Positions 21,594 to 31,500 of a stretch of 64,000 nucleotides of DNA are shown here, piece after piece; the first letter of the stretch is position 1; every line of letters begins with the position of its first letter. Origin of the DNA: Candidatus Poribacteria bacterium (lineage in GTDB: Bacteria > Poribacteria > WGA-4E > PCPOR2b); contig OZ244587.1 of assembly GCA_965218095.1 (NCBI GenBank), forward strand, positions 5,216,001 through 5,280,000. Direction: 5' to 3'. Both the position numbers and the translations under genes were made by a program. The notes below the pieces were generated by a model, which saw only the letters and a list, made by a program, of their open reading frames with translations, had not been told where the DNA came from and made no database searches.

Positions 21594-21689
21594 TCAGTTG
21601 ACGTATGCTTCTTCCGTTCGGAAGGAGTAATGTGTCAATCGAATCGCATCTCGGCCCTGGTCAAGAAGTTTCCCGTGGCGGTTGCCCAC
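21594..21689 (-). pseudogene. intI: Integron integrase N-terminal remnant
   Basis: GTG-GNRHGKLLDQGRDAIRLTHYSFRTEEAYVN* matches the IntI start KLLDQVRDAIRLKHYSxRTEEAYVxW (W to TGA); rest deleted; divergent from attC array. Confidence 0.8.
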
Positions 21690-21816
21690 CGCCGCATCTC
21701 CAACTATATACTTGACTGAACTCTCGTTGTGAAACCATAATTATCAGCAGGTTTCTGAATTGGGGGATTTAACCCAAATTCAGAAATACGTACAACAGGA
21801 GTATACGGAAAAAATT

Positions 21817-21837
21817 CCGTCTAATTACAAGTTCAAT
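21817..21837 (+). other. Candidate attI site
   Basis: CCGTCTAATTACAA|GTTCAAT: CTAAT-type L box plus GTT core between intI 5' end and the first cassette gene. Confidence 0.55.
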
Positions 21838-21860
21838 GAGAAAGGACTACAATCCCCTCT

Positions 21861-22555
21861 ATGACTGGCTCAATTCTTGAACGGTGGGATATCACACCCG
21901 AAGAACTTACCGAGGTTATTGACCAGAATCCGAGCCTTCGCGGTATGATTCTTGGATATTTGGCAGAGTTGAAACCGAAAAACTTTGGTTGTCGGGTAAA
22001 GGGATTTCGGACGTGACCAAGCATGACGATCACGATCGAAAGAAGAAGGGAGACCGGGTGATCCGCTATAAAAAGCATGAGTTTACCTTTGAGTCCAAGT
22101 CCTTGCAGACAGCGATGATCAGGAAGACGGATGATGGTTGGGTGGGAAAAGCACAAGTTGACGCCAATGACCGCCGAGAGGTGGTCTTGCCAGACGGCAG
22201 CACCGTCACAACCACTTGCTTGCTAAAAGGAGAGTTTGATATGCTGGCCGTTAACATTTTTGCCTTTGAAGATACTTGGCGCTTCGTTTTTACGAAGAAT
22301 TCCGATCTGCCCACATCGAACTACAAGAAGTACACGGAATATCAGCGCCAGCATTTGTTGGCTACATTCGTCGAAGTTCACTGGCCCCCTAAGCCTCCAT
22401 TTTCCGAAGAGCCATTCACGTTGATGAACGAGATCATTCAGAACCGGTATGAGATGCCTTTTTTCCCTTCGGAATTTTCACGAACACAAGAAAGTAGGAA
22501 TGGTTTTTCCTGGCGTGAACCTGTTTCAGCAATCTGCTCATCCCAGGCCTATTAG
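21861..22555 (+). pseudogene. NruI/Sbo13I-like Type II restriction endonuclease, frameshift near 21976
   Basis: MTGSILERWDITPEELTEVIDQNPSLRGMILGYLAELK / LWLSGK...DDHDRKKKGD...ESKSLQT...TTCLLKGEFDMLAVNIFAFE resembles R.NruI as recalled; the two halves are in different frames. Confidence 0.75.
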
Positions 22556-23192
22556 GCCGCACAACGACGAACAGGTCCTTACAGAAGAAACCCATTTCTG
22601 CATATGCAGAAATGACTTCGACGTGGGTGAGATTTTGGCGATTAGCACTTACTTCATCCTGGCATTTCACAATGAACACGCCACGGTCACGCAGTACGCG
22701 ATGGGCTTCGCGTCCACCTTCTTCGTAGAGTTCGATGACCGCTGCGTGCCATTTTCCGCCTCCATTTTTTGGTGCTTCGTGTCCATTCGAGTAGTGGTCA
22801 CGAAACGCATTATGTGTTCCTGCACCGGCTTTAATCGAATTACGATTTCGGAAGAATCCCTCCATGTAAGGCGGATCAAAGACAATACAATCAAACGATT
22901 CATCCTCGTAGGGCAGATTACGGCAGTCGGTTCCATCAGCGATGTCTGATGGATGAAAGTCGTACTTCTCGATACGAATTTTCCGCCAGAAGACACCTTT
23001 TCCATAGGTAACGTCAGCAATCTTCGACCCTTCCGGGACATGGAGGCGCAGCACATTGGGAAAGATGTCTGCATTATTCCCTACATAGGCCGATAAGACC
23101 AGATTAGTTGTGGCGACCCCGTCTGGTCTTTTTCGTCCCGATGGTGTCCGTTCTTCCGGCGTAAACAGGAGGTCTAATTGTTGTTGCGCCAT
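22434..23192 (-). CDS. Amino (N6A/N4C) DNA methyltransferase, convergent with the REase
   Basis: Motif I-like [11 protein letters not shown] before motif IV FDPPY; IVKCQD; [12 protein letters not shown]. Confidence 0.88.
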   Translation of the reverse strand: MAQQQLDLLFTPEERTPSGRKRPDGVATTNLVLSAYVGNNADIFPNVLRLHVPEGSKIADVTYGKGVFWRKIRIEKYDFHPSDIADGTDCRNLPYEDESFDCIVFDPPYMEGFFRNRNSIKAGAGTHNAFRDHYSNGHEAPKNGGGKWHAAVIELYEEGGREAHRVLRDRGVFIVKCQDEVSANRQNLTHVEVISAYAEMGFFCKDLFVVVRPNRPGMSRLLKQVHARKNHSYFLVFVKIPKGKKASHTGSE

Positions 23193-23195
23193 TGC

Positions 23196-23327
23196 CTAAC
23201 CGCCTTTCCCAAACTCGCTTTTATGGATGTCTCTGATAACGTCCGCCATTTTTCCACCTTTTCGTGTGCACTCTACTTTTATGGCTGAATGAAGGTTTGC
23301 GGGCACATCAATGGTTAGCCGTTTCAT
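23196..23327 (-). CDS. 43-aa ribbon-helix-helix (ParG/CopG-like) regulator
   Basis: MKRLTIDVPANLHSAIKVECTRKGGKMADVIRDIHKSEFGKGG; stop 3 nt before the MTase ATG; below ORF-track cutoff. Confidence 0.8.
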   Translation of the reverse strand: MKRLTIDVPANLHSAIKVECTRKGGKMADVIRDIHKSEFGKGG

Positions 23328-23392
23328 TTTGGATTTCACCTAGAATCCGACAGCTTGTTCACAGGCAACTAATTTTTTTCGGACGTATCTTT

Positions 23393-23441
23393 GTCGTATA
23401 TTATAATTTACGATTATACGACTGTGGTTATGGGTTGTCAA
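23393..23441 (-). promoter_or_regulatory. Consensus sigma70 promoter with overlapping operator-like inverted repeat
   Basis: TTGACA(23441-36)-17-TATAAT(23418-13); IR GTCGTATA-N14-TATACGAC at 23393-23422. Confidence 0.85.
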
Positions 23442-23451
23442 GAAAAAACTC

Positions 23452-23578
23452 ATCGAATAAGGCACTCCACCTGATCGCTATTCCGTCGCGCTCCATATCG
23501 TTAGTAGGAACTTGGACTCTATTATTAGCTTGATTGAAGAGGGCATCCCACGCCCTAACTGAACTCGGCTCGTTAGGA
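23452..23578 (+). other. Degenerate attC (23452-23530) plus 3' half of a second attC (to GTTAGGA 23572-78)
   Basis: TCGAATAAGGCACTCCACCTGATCGCTATTCCGTCGCGCTCCATA... is a typical attC-like text; CTAACTGAACTCGGCTC-GTTAGGA. Confidence 0.65.
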
Positions 23579-23592
23579 GGTGAAGGAGACCA

Positions 23593-24042
23593 GTGAATAT
23601 ACACAGTCCCTATGACCAACTTACTGGAGGCACATGGCTGGCAAGGATCGTTGACAAAGTTCGGCGAGATCAGGAGGGAACTTTAAGCGGGGAGTATCAA
23701 GAATATCTGTGTAATCCCAGAGCAATGGACGGGTTGTTCTTGCACTTCTTCGACATAGCCCCCGATGAATTTGTTAACAATGTGTGCAAGCATTTGACCG
23801 ATGAAGACTTCGAGAGGTGGTTTTTAGGATTGCATGGCGTGACACCAGAGACAATCAGTCAGTGGAATGATCTCGCCGTGCTGCTCGGATCTGATGGGAC
23901 ACGTTCTCGTTCGAAGTTTGAAGCGGTTTTGAAGACCATCTATTCTGGGTGCGATGATCCTACGGTTCAGACATTCTATGACATTATCGACTGGGACGAG
24001 GGAAGATTTTCCAATCCCAAAAAGAGACAGTATCTCACTTAA
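23593..24042 (+). CDS. DUF5069-like cassette protein
   Basis: WLARIVDKVR..EY..MDGLFLHFFDI..F; ends FYDIIDWDEGR; stop lies inside attC R''. Confidence 0.65.
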   Translation: MNIHSPYDQLTGGTWLARIVDKVRRDQEGTLSGEYQEYLCNPRAMDGLFLHFFDIAPDEFVNNVCKHLTDEDFERWFLGLHGVTPETISQWNDLAVLLGSDGTRSRSKFEAVLKTIYSGCDDPTVQTFYDIIDWDEGRFSNPKKRQYLT

Positions 24043-24165
24043 CCCGTTGCTACAGTTGACGGAGGGGAGTAGTGGTTTTAATAATGTTTTGGAGTTGCGA
24101 CGGGTTTTGGGTTGTCGAGCGTTTTTCGGCAAACCCCCGCCGCAACTGAACTTTGGCAGTTAGGC
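24037..24165 (+). other. attC site (129 bp)
   Basis: ACTTAAC...CAGTTGACGG/CCGCAACTG...GTTAGGC. Confidence 0.8.
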
Positions 24166-24185
24166 AGAATAAGGAGCAGAAAATC

Positions 24186-24860
24186 ATGGAACCAGATTTC
24201 TACATCAAGGTGTTGTTTTCAATTACGCTTGGGATGATGACAATTCCTTTCCTTGTCATCGGGATTCGGGGGATCAAGACCCAGCGGCCTTTCCTGGTCT
24301 CATCGGTGTGGCCGGTTGCAATGATACTTGTGGTTTTCATTCCATTACTCTTATTCCCTCTCTTATTTATGTTTTCGCAACCCATTCCCCTCACGAGTTT
24401 ATCCCTCCTTCTTCTATCCGCGTGTAGCCTTCTGACGGCGGTGTGTAGCCTTCTGATAGTAATAGTATGTGACACGATGAAGGGTTACATGGCATTCGGC
24501 GTGACATACACGCCATTTCATGAAGGGCTACTGGCAACGCTCGAAGAACTACAGTTGCCCTACGAAGAGCCCTCTTCCTTAAGAAGACTTAGATCTGTTG
24601 GCTCAAAACGGCTCATAAGGCTGACATCTGTTGAAGCTGACCTGCAAGTGTCTATGTGGATGGGAACAGTCCATCTCAAGGTCAAACAGAACCAGCACTA
24701 CTCCTTGCTCAAAGAAATCGCCAACGCGATGAATCAATACTTCCGGACATCGTCTCTGGGTACAAATATGATTCCCTTTGCTTTCTATCTGCTCACGGCG
24801 GTAGGGGTTTTCACAGTGGTTCTCACAATTGGCGTGTTATTCTTTCCAAGCATTCTCTGA
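24186..24860 (+). CDS. Hypothetical multi-pass membrane protein (cassette)
   Basis: AAGGAG RBS right after attC; about 4 hydrophobic segments. Confidence 0.7.
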   Translation: MEPDFYIKVLFSITLGMMTIPFLVIGIRGIKTQRPFLVSSVWPVAMILVVFIPLLLFPLLFMFSQPIPLTSLSLLLLSACSLLTAVCSLLIVIVCDTMKGYMAFGVTYTPFHEGLLATLEELQLPYEEPSSLRRLRSVGSKRLIRLTSVEADLQVSMWMGTVHLKVKQNQHYSLLKEIANAMNQYFRTSSLGTNMIPFAFYLLTAVGVFTVVLTIGVLFFPSIL

Positions 24861-24937
24861 CCACCATTTTCGTTGACGGTCGGTTCAGGTGATTCCTATT
24901 GGTAAACCCCTGCTGTCACTCAACTTTTTCATTAGGA
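24855..24937 (+). other. Degenerate attC
   Basis: CTCTGAC..GTTGACGG...CACTCAACTTTTTC-ATTAGGA; same 3' signature as the other sites. Confidence 0.5.
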
Positions 24938-24950
24938 GGAACTGACATCA

Positions 24951-25201
24951 ATGAGGACGATTGTCATGCTATCGGTGATGTTATTGCCATTTTTGGCTGT
25001 GGTGATTGGTGAGAGTCACAATGGACGCCACAATAGCCCACCTGTCATTGATCAATTGTTCCAGAGCAGGTGGTCAACCTAGGTGACAGTGTCGAATTAC
25101 AGGTTGACGCGGATGGCGACGTGTTGAGCTATGTATGGGAAGTAAAAAAAGGGAAACTGGATTCAAGAACGGAGCGCACCGTGAAATGGACAGCCTGTTG
25201 A
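24951..25201 (+). pseudogene. Secreted Ig/PKD-like protein remnant
   Basis: MRTIVMLSVMLLPFLAVV..NSPPVID / GDSVELQV..DGDVLSYVW..VKWTA*, frameshifted. Confidence 0.5.
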
Positions 25202-25222
25202 AGATCGACTTAGGTCGTTCGG

Positions 25223-25690
25223 ATGAAAGGCGATCGCATGTTCCATGAGAGGTCAATCGCTCTCCACAGGGCCATAAGGAGTTCATTTCTCATGAGGGAG
25301 TTCAACGACGCTGAAAAACAGCAACTGCAAGCGAAGATTAAAGACGAGCAAGAACGGCAACATCAGACTGTTAAAGAGATTGCTCTAAGAAACGAAGAAG
25401 CGTCAAAAAGCGGAACTTCGACCGCGTTAAGCTATTTCTGGAAATATGGTTTCCTGGTGATTATTCTTTGCCTGCTCGCCTTCAACGTGATTATCCTACT
25501 GCTTTGGTGGGATTTCGTTTATGACCGATACGCCAACCTCGTAGTCGCGTTGGCGCTACTATTCAATCACATCGTGTTTTACCTCACGAAAATAGGTTGG
25601 CCAAGCCGCGTGATGAAAACGATTGCATGTATTTGGATAGTATTTGCACTTGCCTACATACTTTGGGTTTTGAGCGTTCAGTTCGCCTGA
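25223..25690 (+). CDS. Hypothetical membrane protein with coiled N-terminus (cassette)
   Basis: Three hydrophobic C-terminal helices; stop in attC; real start may be about 25292. Confidence 0.6.
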   Translation: MKGDRMFHERSIALHRAIRSSFLMREFNDAEKQQLQAKIKDEQERQHQTVKEIALRNEEASKSGTSTALSYFWKYGFLVIILCLLAFNVIILLLWWDFVYDRYANLVVALALLFNHIVFYLTKIGWPSRVMKTIACIWIVFALAYILWVLSVQFA

Positions 25691-25833
25691 GCGGTCGTTG
25701 CCGTTGAAGGCGGGCCTCCTCCCGTTTTTTCGATGTTTTTCGGGTTGCAGTGGGGTTTGGTCTGTCCGACCATTTTCGGAAAACCCCACCGTGCTCGCCC
25801 GATTCATCGGACAACTGAACTTTTTCGTTGGAG
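25685..25833 (+). other. attC-like site (about 149 bp)
   Basis: Internal GGGGTTTGG..TTTTCGGAAAACCCC stem; CAACTGAACTTTTTC-GTTGGAG. Confidence 0.7.
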
Positions 25834-25921
25834 GACTATTTCAAACATGGAATTAAACAAGGGTGGTTCATAATTCAATGCGCGTCATCGCTGGATTGGC
25901 GCGGGGTCGTCTTGATCGATT

Positions 25922-25970
25922 GTAGGGGCGAGGTTCCCTCGCCCGACGGGTTGGGATCCCCAACCCCTAT
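25922..25970. repeat. GTAG-type REP-like double hairpin
   Basis: GTAGGGGCGAGGTTCCCTCGCCC..GGGTTGGGATCCCCAACCCCTAT. Confidence 0.6.
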
Positions 25971-26373
25971 CCATTCAGGATGTATTTATGTGCCACCCTC
26001 AAGTCAACCCCAAAACCTACGAAGTCCGTGCTGATGGCGAACTCCTGACCTGCGAACCCACCGAAATCCTTCCAATGGCGCAGCGTGACCTTCTGTTTTG
26101 AAGGCTGTGACGGCTTGCTTCACGTTTGTGATTGTGTTGATGTCTGGTGTCGTGTTATAATGGCAATACGACACACAGAAAGGGAAATTCGGCTATGGGA
26201 CTCACGAAAGTTACCGCAAAGATCACACGCCTTGGGGAGGCTACAGGGAGTTATGAAGAAAGAAATTTTACTCAGGAAATTGTGTGCGCCTTTAATTCTG
26301 GGGGGCAACGGAATAATGTGACGAGGCCAAGACAGTGCTCTTGCCAGTCCCAATACAGTGGAGGAAACCAATC

Positions 26374-26850
26374 ATGAAAAATACGTACACTTTATGTCGT
26401 GTGATTTTACTATGCTTTACACTCCCCCCCCTGCTTGGCTGTGTTCTAAAATCGGACGAAGATTCCAATATCCAGTCGAAACTGAATCAGAATCGGAGGA
26501 AGTGGGCGTCGGAAATGGTGTCCAATTATCAATTCGATTTCCGATGGTCCTGTTATTGCGGTCCGGAATATATCGACCCGGTTAACATCTCTGTGCGTAA
26601 AAACAGAATTGACAGTGCAGCTCTCGTGGAAGGTAACGTTCCAATTCCCATCGAAGTTGCTGTCACGCGTTACCGCACAATTGAGGGGCTTTTTGATCTC
26701 CTGCAAGAGGGAATCAATAAGAATGCACACAGCATTTTAGCTGAATATCACTCTGAGTTGGGTTACCTGACTGATGCGTGGATCGATTATGATGAGCATA
26801 CTGTCGACGAAGAACTTGGCTTCGAGATCGATGGTCTGCTCATAGAATGA
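26374..26850 (+). CDS. DUF6174-like lipoprotein
   Basis: LLGC lipobox; W..SNYQF..SCYC; TIEGLFD; YHSELGY; DEE. Confidence 0.75.
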   Translation: MKNTYTLCRVILLCFTLPPLLGCVLKSDEDSNIQSKLNQNRRKWASEMVSNYQFDFRWSCYCGPEYIDPVNISVRKNRIDSAALVEGNVPIPIEVAVTRYRTIEGLFDLLQEGINKNAHSILAEYHSELGYLTDAWIDYDEHTVDEELGFEIDGLLIE

Positions 26851-26886
26851 CGATAACTCTTACGACTGCCATAGAGAAAACACACA

Positions 26887-27099
26887 ATGCTCATCATCGA
26901 AAACATCGTCAAAGAAGAGACCAAACACCATCCACGAGAGCAGGTTTTTGCGGGAATTAGTTTGCTTGTTTTGGGACCGATTAGCGTGCGTATCTCCTGC
27001 GAGCTCCTTATCGTCATATTCTCCATTAACGATACGCTTACAGATGTCAAGAACCTGTTGCAATCTGAGCAAGAACAGGATGAGCAAACCCGTTTGTAG
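26887..27099 (+). pseudogene. DUF4282-like C-terminal fragment
   Basis: GPISVRISCELLIVIFSINDTLTDVK. Confidence 0.55.
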
Positions 27100-27163
27100 A
27101 TAGAAAAACTAGAACCTCCGTTGTCCCTGTGATACTATCAGTCACCTTTCGGAGTACATCTCA

Positions 27164-28918
27164 GTGATTCGCAATAAAGGCAAAACCCTAAAAGGACAGA
27201 TTGTTCTCATGTTTCTTCTAATCGGGCTATCTCCGCTGTTTGCTGCCTCGATTCTCTCTTTCTATTCGAGCCAGAAGACATTGAAGCAGGTCATCGGTAC
27301 TTTAGAGCAAGATCTGTCGATTGAGGTCATGGATAAGATTGACCGCGAGATGGAGAACGCCCGCCTTTTGGTCAGGAACTGGGGGCGCATTCCAGAGGTT
27401 TTAGAAATCGTGCTCGCCGGTGGGCAGAAGCCAGCCCATGAACTCCTCAATAGCTGGAAGCACGACGGATTAACTTCAACTTCCGGAGCCAAGTTGCTCA
27501 AGACACTCCAGCAGACAGCGCCGAATCGGTTCGAGGAGATCTTTCTGACAGATCGGCGCGGATATGTCGTCGCTGCCACAAACAAAACAAGTGACTTCGA
27601 TCAAGGGCCGGAAGATGATCCGCCATCCGGTGAACCGTGGTGGGTGGCGGCGAGAACAAAAGGTGAACACATCGGAGATGTTGACTTTGATGAAAGCGCA
27701 GACATTTATTCCGTCGATATCAACATAAGCATCAAGACGGATGGCGGGCAAATTGTGGGCATTATTAAGGCAGTCTACAATGTGGAGAACATCCGGAATC
27801 TAATCGGAGCCGTCAGCGAGACGGACACACGGCATTACGAACTGATAAACCGAAACGGTTTCATCGTTGCAACACGTGAGACGGAGCGGGATCGGATTCT
27901 AGAAGACAGATCTAGCGTCGTGCTCCCCAAGGCGGTTTGGACAAACCAGACTCATAAGAACGGGTTCATTGTCGGGGTTAAGGATGCCGAAAAAGTCCTT
28001 GTTGGCTGGTCTCGCGGCTCGGCGTGGACAGTATTAACGTACATCCCGCTCGAAGCGGCTTATACTCCCCTGAAGCAGCAAGGGCGGTGGCTCATGGCGG
28101 TATCCGCAATCGCTGCTGTTATCATACTTGTCATCGCGGTAGTTGTGGCGAATCGTGTGGTCTCCGAATTGCTCGGTAAGGAGCTCATGGCGCGAGAAAT
28201 CCAAACGGCTGAGGATATGCAGATGGGGCTGTTACCCAAAGCGCTTGACATTAGCGGGCTCGATCTGGCGGGGCGTTGCCTCTCAGCGAACCACGTCGGC
28301 GGGGATTATTACAACTATCTGTGGCTAGATTCCGATCGGACGAAACTCGCAATCGTCATCGCCGATGTTGCCGGACACGACATGGCTGCAGCAATCCCCG
28401 CCGTGATGTTCTCCGGGATGCTTGAGTTTGCCGTCAAAGAGGGGACGCCAGGCGCGATGCTCTGCGCACTAAATCGTATGCTCTGTCAGCAGCCCAAACG
28501 CACGCCCTTTATTACGTGCTGCGTCGCCGTCATTGATCTCGCTGAAAAGCAGATGCTCTGGTCGAAAGCGGGTCATCCCGGAATTTACCATTGTCGCCCA
28601 CACACAGACACTGTCTATGAACTGGCTTCGGAAAGCTACCCGCTCGGCGTATCCGGGAAGTCGCGGTATACAGATGAAGCGGTCAGTCTGTCCGAAGGGG
28701 ATCTGCTCATTTTTTACACCGATGGACTCACGGAGGTTCTCAACATCAACGAGGAGGCCTACGACTATGACCGACTCGAAAAGAGCATCCTCAGCATCGG
28801 GCGAAGCGGCATCTCATCAGTAGAAAGCATCAACCGAATGATAGACGATGTTCGCGGGTTTATCCAAAATCGTGAGCCGGAAGATGACATAACGCTTGTT
28901 GTGGCAAAGGTGACATAA
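27164..28918 (+). CDS. Membrane sensor with Cache domain and SpoIIE/PP2C phosphatase
   Basis: Two TM helices around a Cache-like region; VGGDYY, IADVAGH, YTDGLTE, DDITL. Confidence 0.9.
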   Translation: MIRNKGKTLKGQIVLMFLLIGLSPLFAASILSFYSSQKTLKQVIGTLEQDLSIEVMDKIDREMENARLLVRNWGRIPEVLEIVLAGGQKPAHELLNSWKHDGLTSTSGAKLLKTLQQTAPNRFEEIFLTDRRGYVVAATNKTSDFDQGPEDDPPSGEPWWVAARTKGEHIGDVDFDESADIYSVDINISIKTDGGQIVGIIKAVYNVENIRNLIGAVSETDTRHYELINRNGFIVATRETERDRILEDRSSVVLPKAVWTNQTHKNGFIVGVKDAEKVLVGWSRGSAWTVLTYIPLEAAYTPLKQQGRWLMAVSAIAAVIILVIAVVVANRVVSELLGKELMAREIQTAEDMQMGLLPKALDISGLDLAGRCLSANHVGGDYYNYLWLDSDRTKLAIVIADVAGHDMAAAIPAVMFSGMLEFAVKEGTPGAMLCALNRMLCQQPKRTPFITCCVAVIDLAEKQMLWSKAGHPGIYHCRPHTDTVYELASESYPLGVSGKSRYTDEAVSLSEGDLLIFYTDGLTEVLNINEEAYDYDRLEKSILSIGRSGISSVESINRMIDDVRGFIQNREPEDDITLVVAKVT

Positions 28919-29018
28919 GCTCGATAAAGACGTTCGTTCGTGCGAGTGCGGCGGGTTTTGGGTTGTTTTAGGTTTTCGGCAAAACACCCGCCGTGCCCGG
29001 TTATCTTGGATATTAGAG
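28914..29018 (+). other. Degenerate attC
   Basis: GCGGCGGGTTTTGGGTTG..TTTTCGGCAAAACACCCGCCG homologous to 24097-24143; ends ATTAGAG. Confidence 0.6.
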
Positions 29019-29025
29019 ATATGGT

Positions 29026-29775
29026 ATGATTACACCGGAGATAGCAATGACCTCATCCGTACAATTACCAGTCAACCTGCCAGTGGGAGAGCTTGTTGAA
29101 TCAAAAGGAACTACGCAATCACCACGTCAGCAGGCCTATGTCGGCAAATTCGTCACGTTGAACCCTGTCAACGTTGATTCTGATGTAGAAGAACTTTTCC
29201 AAATCTCACACGGCACAGACGAAAAATCGAAGTTATGGACATATATGCCCTCTAGTGGCCCATTTCCAAACCCTGAATCCATGTTGAGATGGCTTAAGCG
29301 CCGCCAAAAATCAGAAGATTCACTTTTTTTGACAGTTACTCTCAATGAGACAAATCACAAGGTCGGCATGGTAAGTTTCTTGAATATTGTTCCTGAGATG
29401 CGCCGTTTAGAACTCGGCAATATTTGGTATACTCCCGATGCACAGCGCACCAAAGTAAACACCGAGTCGATCTACTTGATGCTCGTTGAAGCTTTTGAGT
29501 GTCTGCAATATCGCCGCGTTGAATGGAAATGTGATTCGTTAAACGCCAAATCGTGTTTTGCGGCGCAACGCCTCGGGTTTAGTTTCGAGGGGCTCTTTTA
29601 CAAGCACATGATCGTTAATAATCGAAATCGTGATACCATCTGGTTTGCGATGCTCGACACGGATTGGCCTAAAGTGAAGAAAAATATGGAAGCCTGGCTC
29701 TACAAGGCAGGTCTCCACACTTCGTTGTCTGAATTAAACTCGGAGGTACTTCGTTCACTAAAGAGTAATGCCTAA
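29026..29775 (+). CDS. RimJ/RimL-type GNAT acetyltransferase (cassette)
   Basis: ELGNIWY..AQRT, YRRVEWKCDSLN..AAQRLGFSFEG, RNRDT.WF. Confidence 0.9.
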   Translation: MITPEIAMTSSVQLPVNLPVGELVESKGTTQSPRQQAYVGKFVTLNPVNVDSDVEELFQISHGTDEKSKLWTYMPSSGPFPNPESMLRWLKRRQKSEDSLFLTVTLNETNHKVGMVSFLNIVPEMRRLELGNIWYTPDAQRTKVNTESIYLMLVEAFECLQYRRVEWKCDSLNAKSCFAAQRLGFSFEGLFYKHMIVNNRNRDTIWFAMLDTDWPKVKKNMEAWLYKAGLHTSLSELNSEVLRSLKSNA

Positions 29776-29836
29776 CGAGCCGTGCGTAGGCTGTGTTCGT
29801 CTGATTCATCGGACAACTGAACTGTTTTCGTTAGGA
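29770..29836 (+). other. attC site (67 bp)
   Basis: GCCTAAC...CAACTGAACTGTTTTC-GTTAGGA; R'' overlaps the GNAT stop. Confidence 0.8.
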
Positions 29837-30174
29837 CGACCTCATCGAAAACAACACCCGCCGCATCAAAATCCTTGAGGAGATGGCGGGTACAATCTAC
29901 CGACAATGGTTTGTCGAATTCCGATTTCCGGGACATGAGAATGTGAAGATGGTAGAGTCGGAGTTAAGCCTGATACCACACAGGTGGGAGATAAAGAGGC
30001 TTGGTGAGGTTATTTCGGAAATCATCGACTATCAGGGCAAGACACCCAAAAAGTTAGGCGGCGATTGGTCCGAATCAGGAATTGTAGCGTTGTCGGCTAT
30101 GAATGTTAAGCACGGAAGACTTGTGAATTTGGAGAAGGCGAAGTTTGTCAGTGAGAAATTGTACGAGAGATGGA
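29835..30174 (+). pseudogene. hsdS: Type I R-M specificity subunit internal fragment
   Basis: [42 protein letters not shown]; starts at attC, truncated by IS3. Confidence 0.8.
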
Positions 30175-31500
30175 TGTAATTACCCCCAAAACCTAGACAG
30201 TTGACTAAGATGGATTTCTAACTGGCAAACCGGTCATCATCTGTGCGAAAATATGGGTCAGAAACGCCCAGAAAAAGAAAGGAGTTTTCATACCATGTCC
30301 CGCAGAAAACAGCAGAAAACAGCAGAAAACAGTACGATGGTCGATTCAAAGCACAGGTGGCTATTGAGGCGATAAAAAACCAACAAACCGTCGCTCAGAT
30401 TGCCAGTCATTACGGTGTCCACCCGACTCAAGTAAGCCAATGGAAAAAGCAGGCTCTTGAACAACTACCTCAACTGCTTGCAAACGGACGCCCAAAAGCA
30501 GCCTCTGACAACGACCAGTTAGTTGATGAACTCTATCGCCAAATCGGACAGTTGAAGGTGAAACTCGACTGGCTTCAAAAAAAAACGCAACTGCTCCGTT
30601 GAACAGAAGCGACAGCTTGTTGAAAAGGGGTGCCATTCACCGTCAGTTGTCAGACAATGCGAACTGCTGGGTTTGTGCCTCGTTCTATTACCGACCCGTA
30701 GGCGAGTCGCCACACAATCTGCTCTATATGCGTCTGATAGATGAGCAGTACACAAAGACACCGTTCTATGGTGTCCCTCGATTGACGGTATGGCTTCGTT
30801 CCCAAGGGCATGTTGTCAATCGAAAGCAGGTGGCTCGGTTGATGCGAAAGATGGGATTGGCTGCCATCTATCCCAAGCCCAAGCCCTCGGGTATAGCTAA
30901 ACCGTCGAAGATGTATCCCTATCTACTGAAGGGATTAAGTATCATCAGACCGAATCAGGTCTGGGCAACGGATATAACCTATATTCGCTTGACTCGTGGT
31001 TTTGTTTATCTAGTAGCGGTTATGGATTGGTTTTCCCGGTACGTGGTGTCGTGGGAACTTTCAAACTCACTAGACGTATACTTTTGTCTGTCGGCTCTCG
31101 AACGCGCACTTAGCCAATTGAGACCGTTGATATTCAACAACGACCAAGGCAGTCAATTTACTTCTGATGCTTTTACCGCTCGACTTGAAGCGGCTCAGAT
31201 TGCCATCAGTTGGGACGGCAGAGGCAGCTATTTTGACAACATCTTTATTGAGCGTCTCTGGCGCAGTGTCAAGTATGAGGAGGTCTATCTCAACGACTAT
31301 GACTCCGTTACTACAGCTTGGCGTCGATTGAGAGACTATTTCAACTTTTACAATCAACAGCGGTTTCATCAATTGCTCAATTATCGAACACCGCACGGGG
31401 TGTATTTCCAATAATTTCAGGCGTTTCACCCTGACCGAGTTGGTCAGATTGTCTATCTTAAATCTCATTCATTGCTGTCTGAAGGATGGGGGTAAGTTCA
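30175..31500 (+). mobile_element. IS3-family element B (1326 bp)
   Basis: TIRs TGTAATTACCCCCAAAACCTAGACAG / TGAACTTACCCCCATCCTTCAGACAG; OrfA/OrfB with DDE motifs; no TSD. Confidence 0.92.

Noticed and set aside
23452-29836. attC repeats as a CRISPR array
   Set aside because: Repeats are divergent, separated by whole genes, and there are no cas genes
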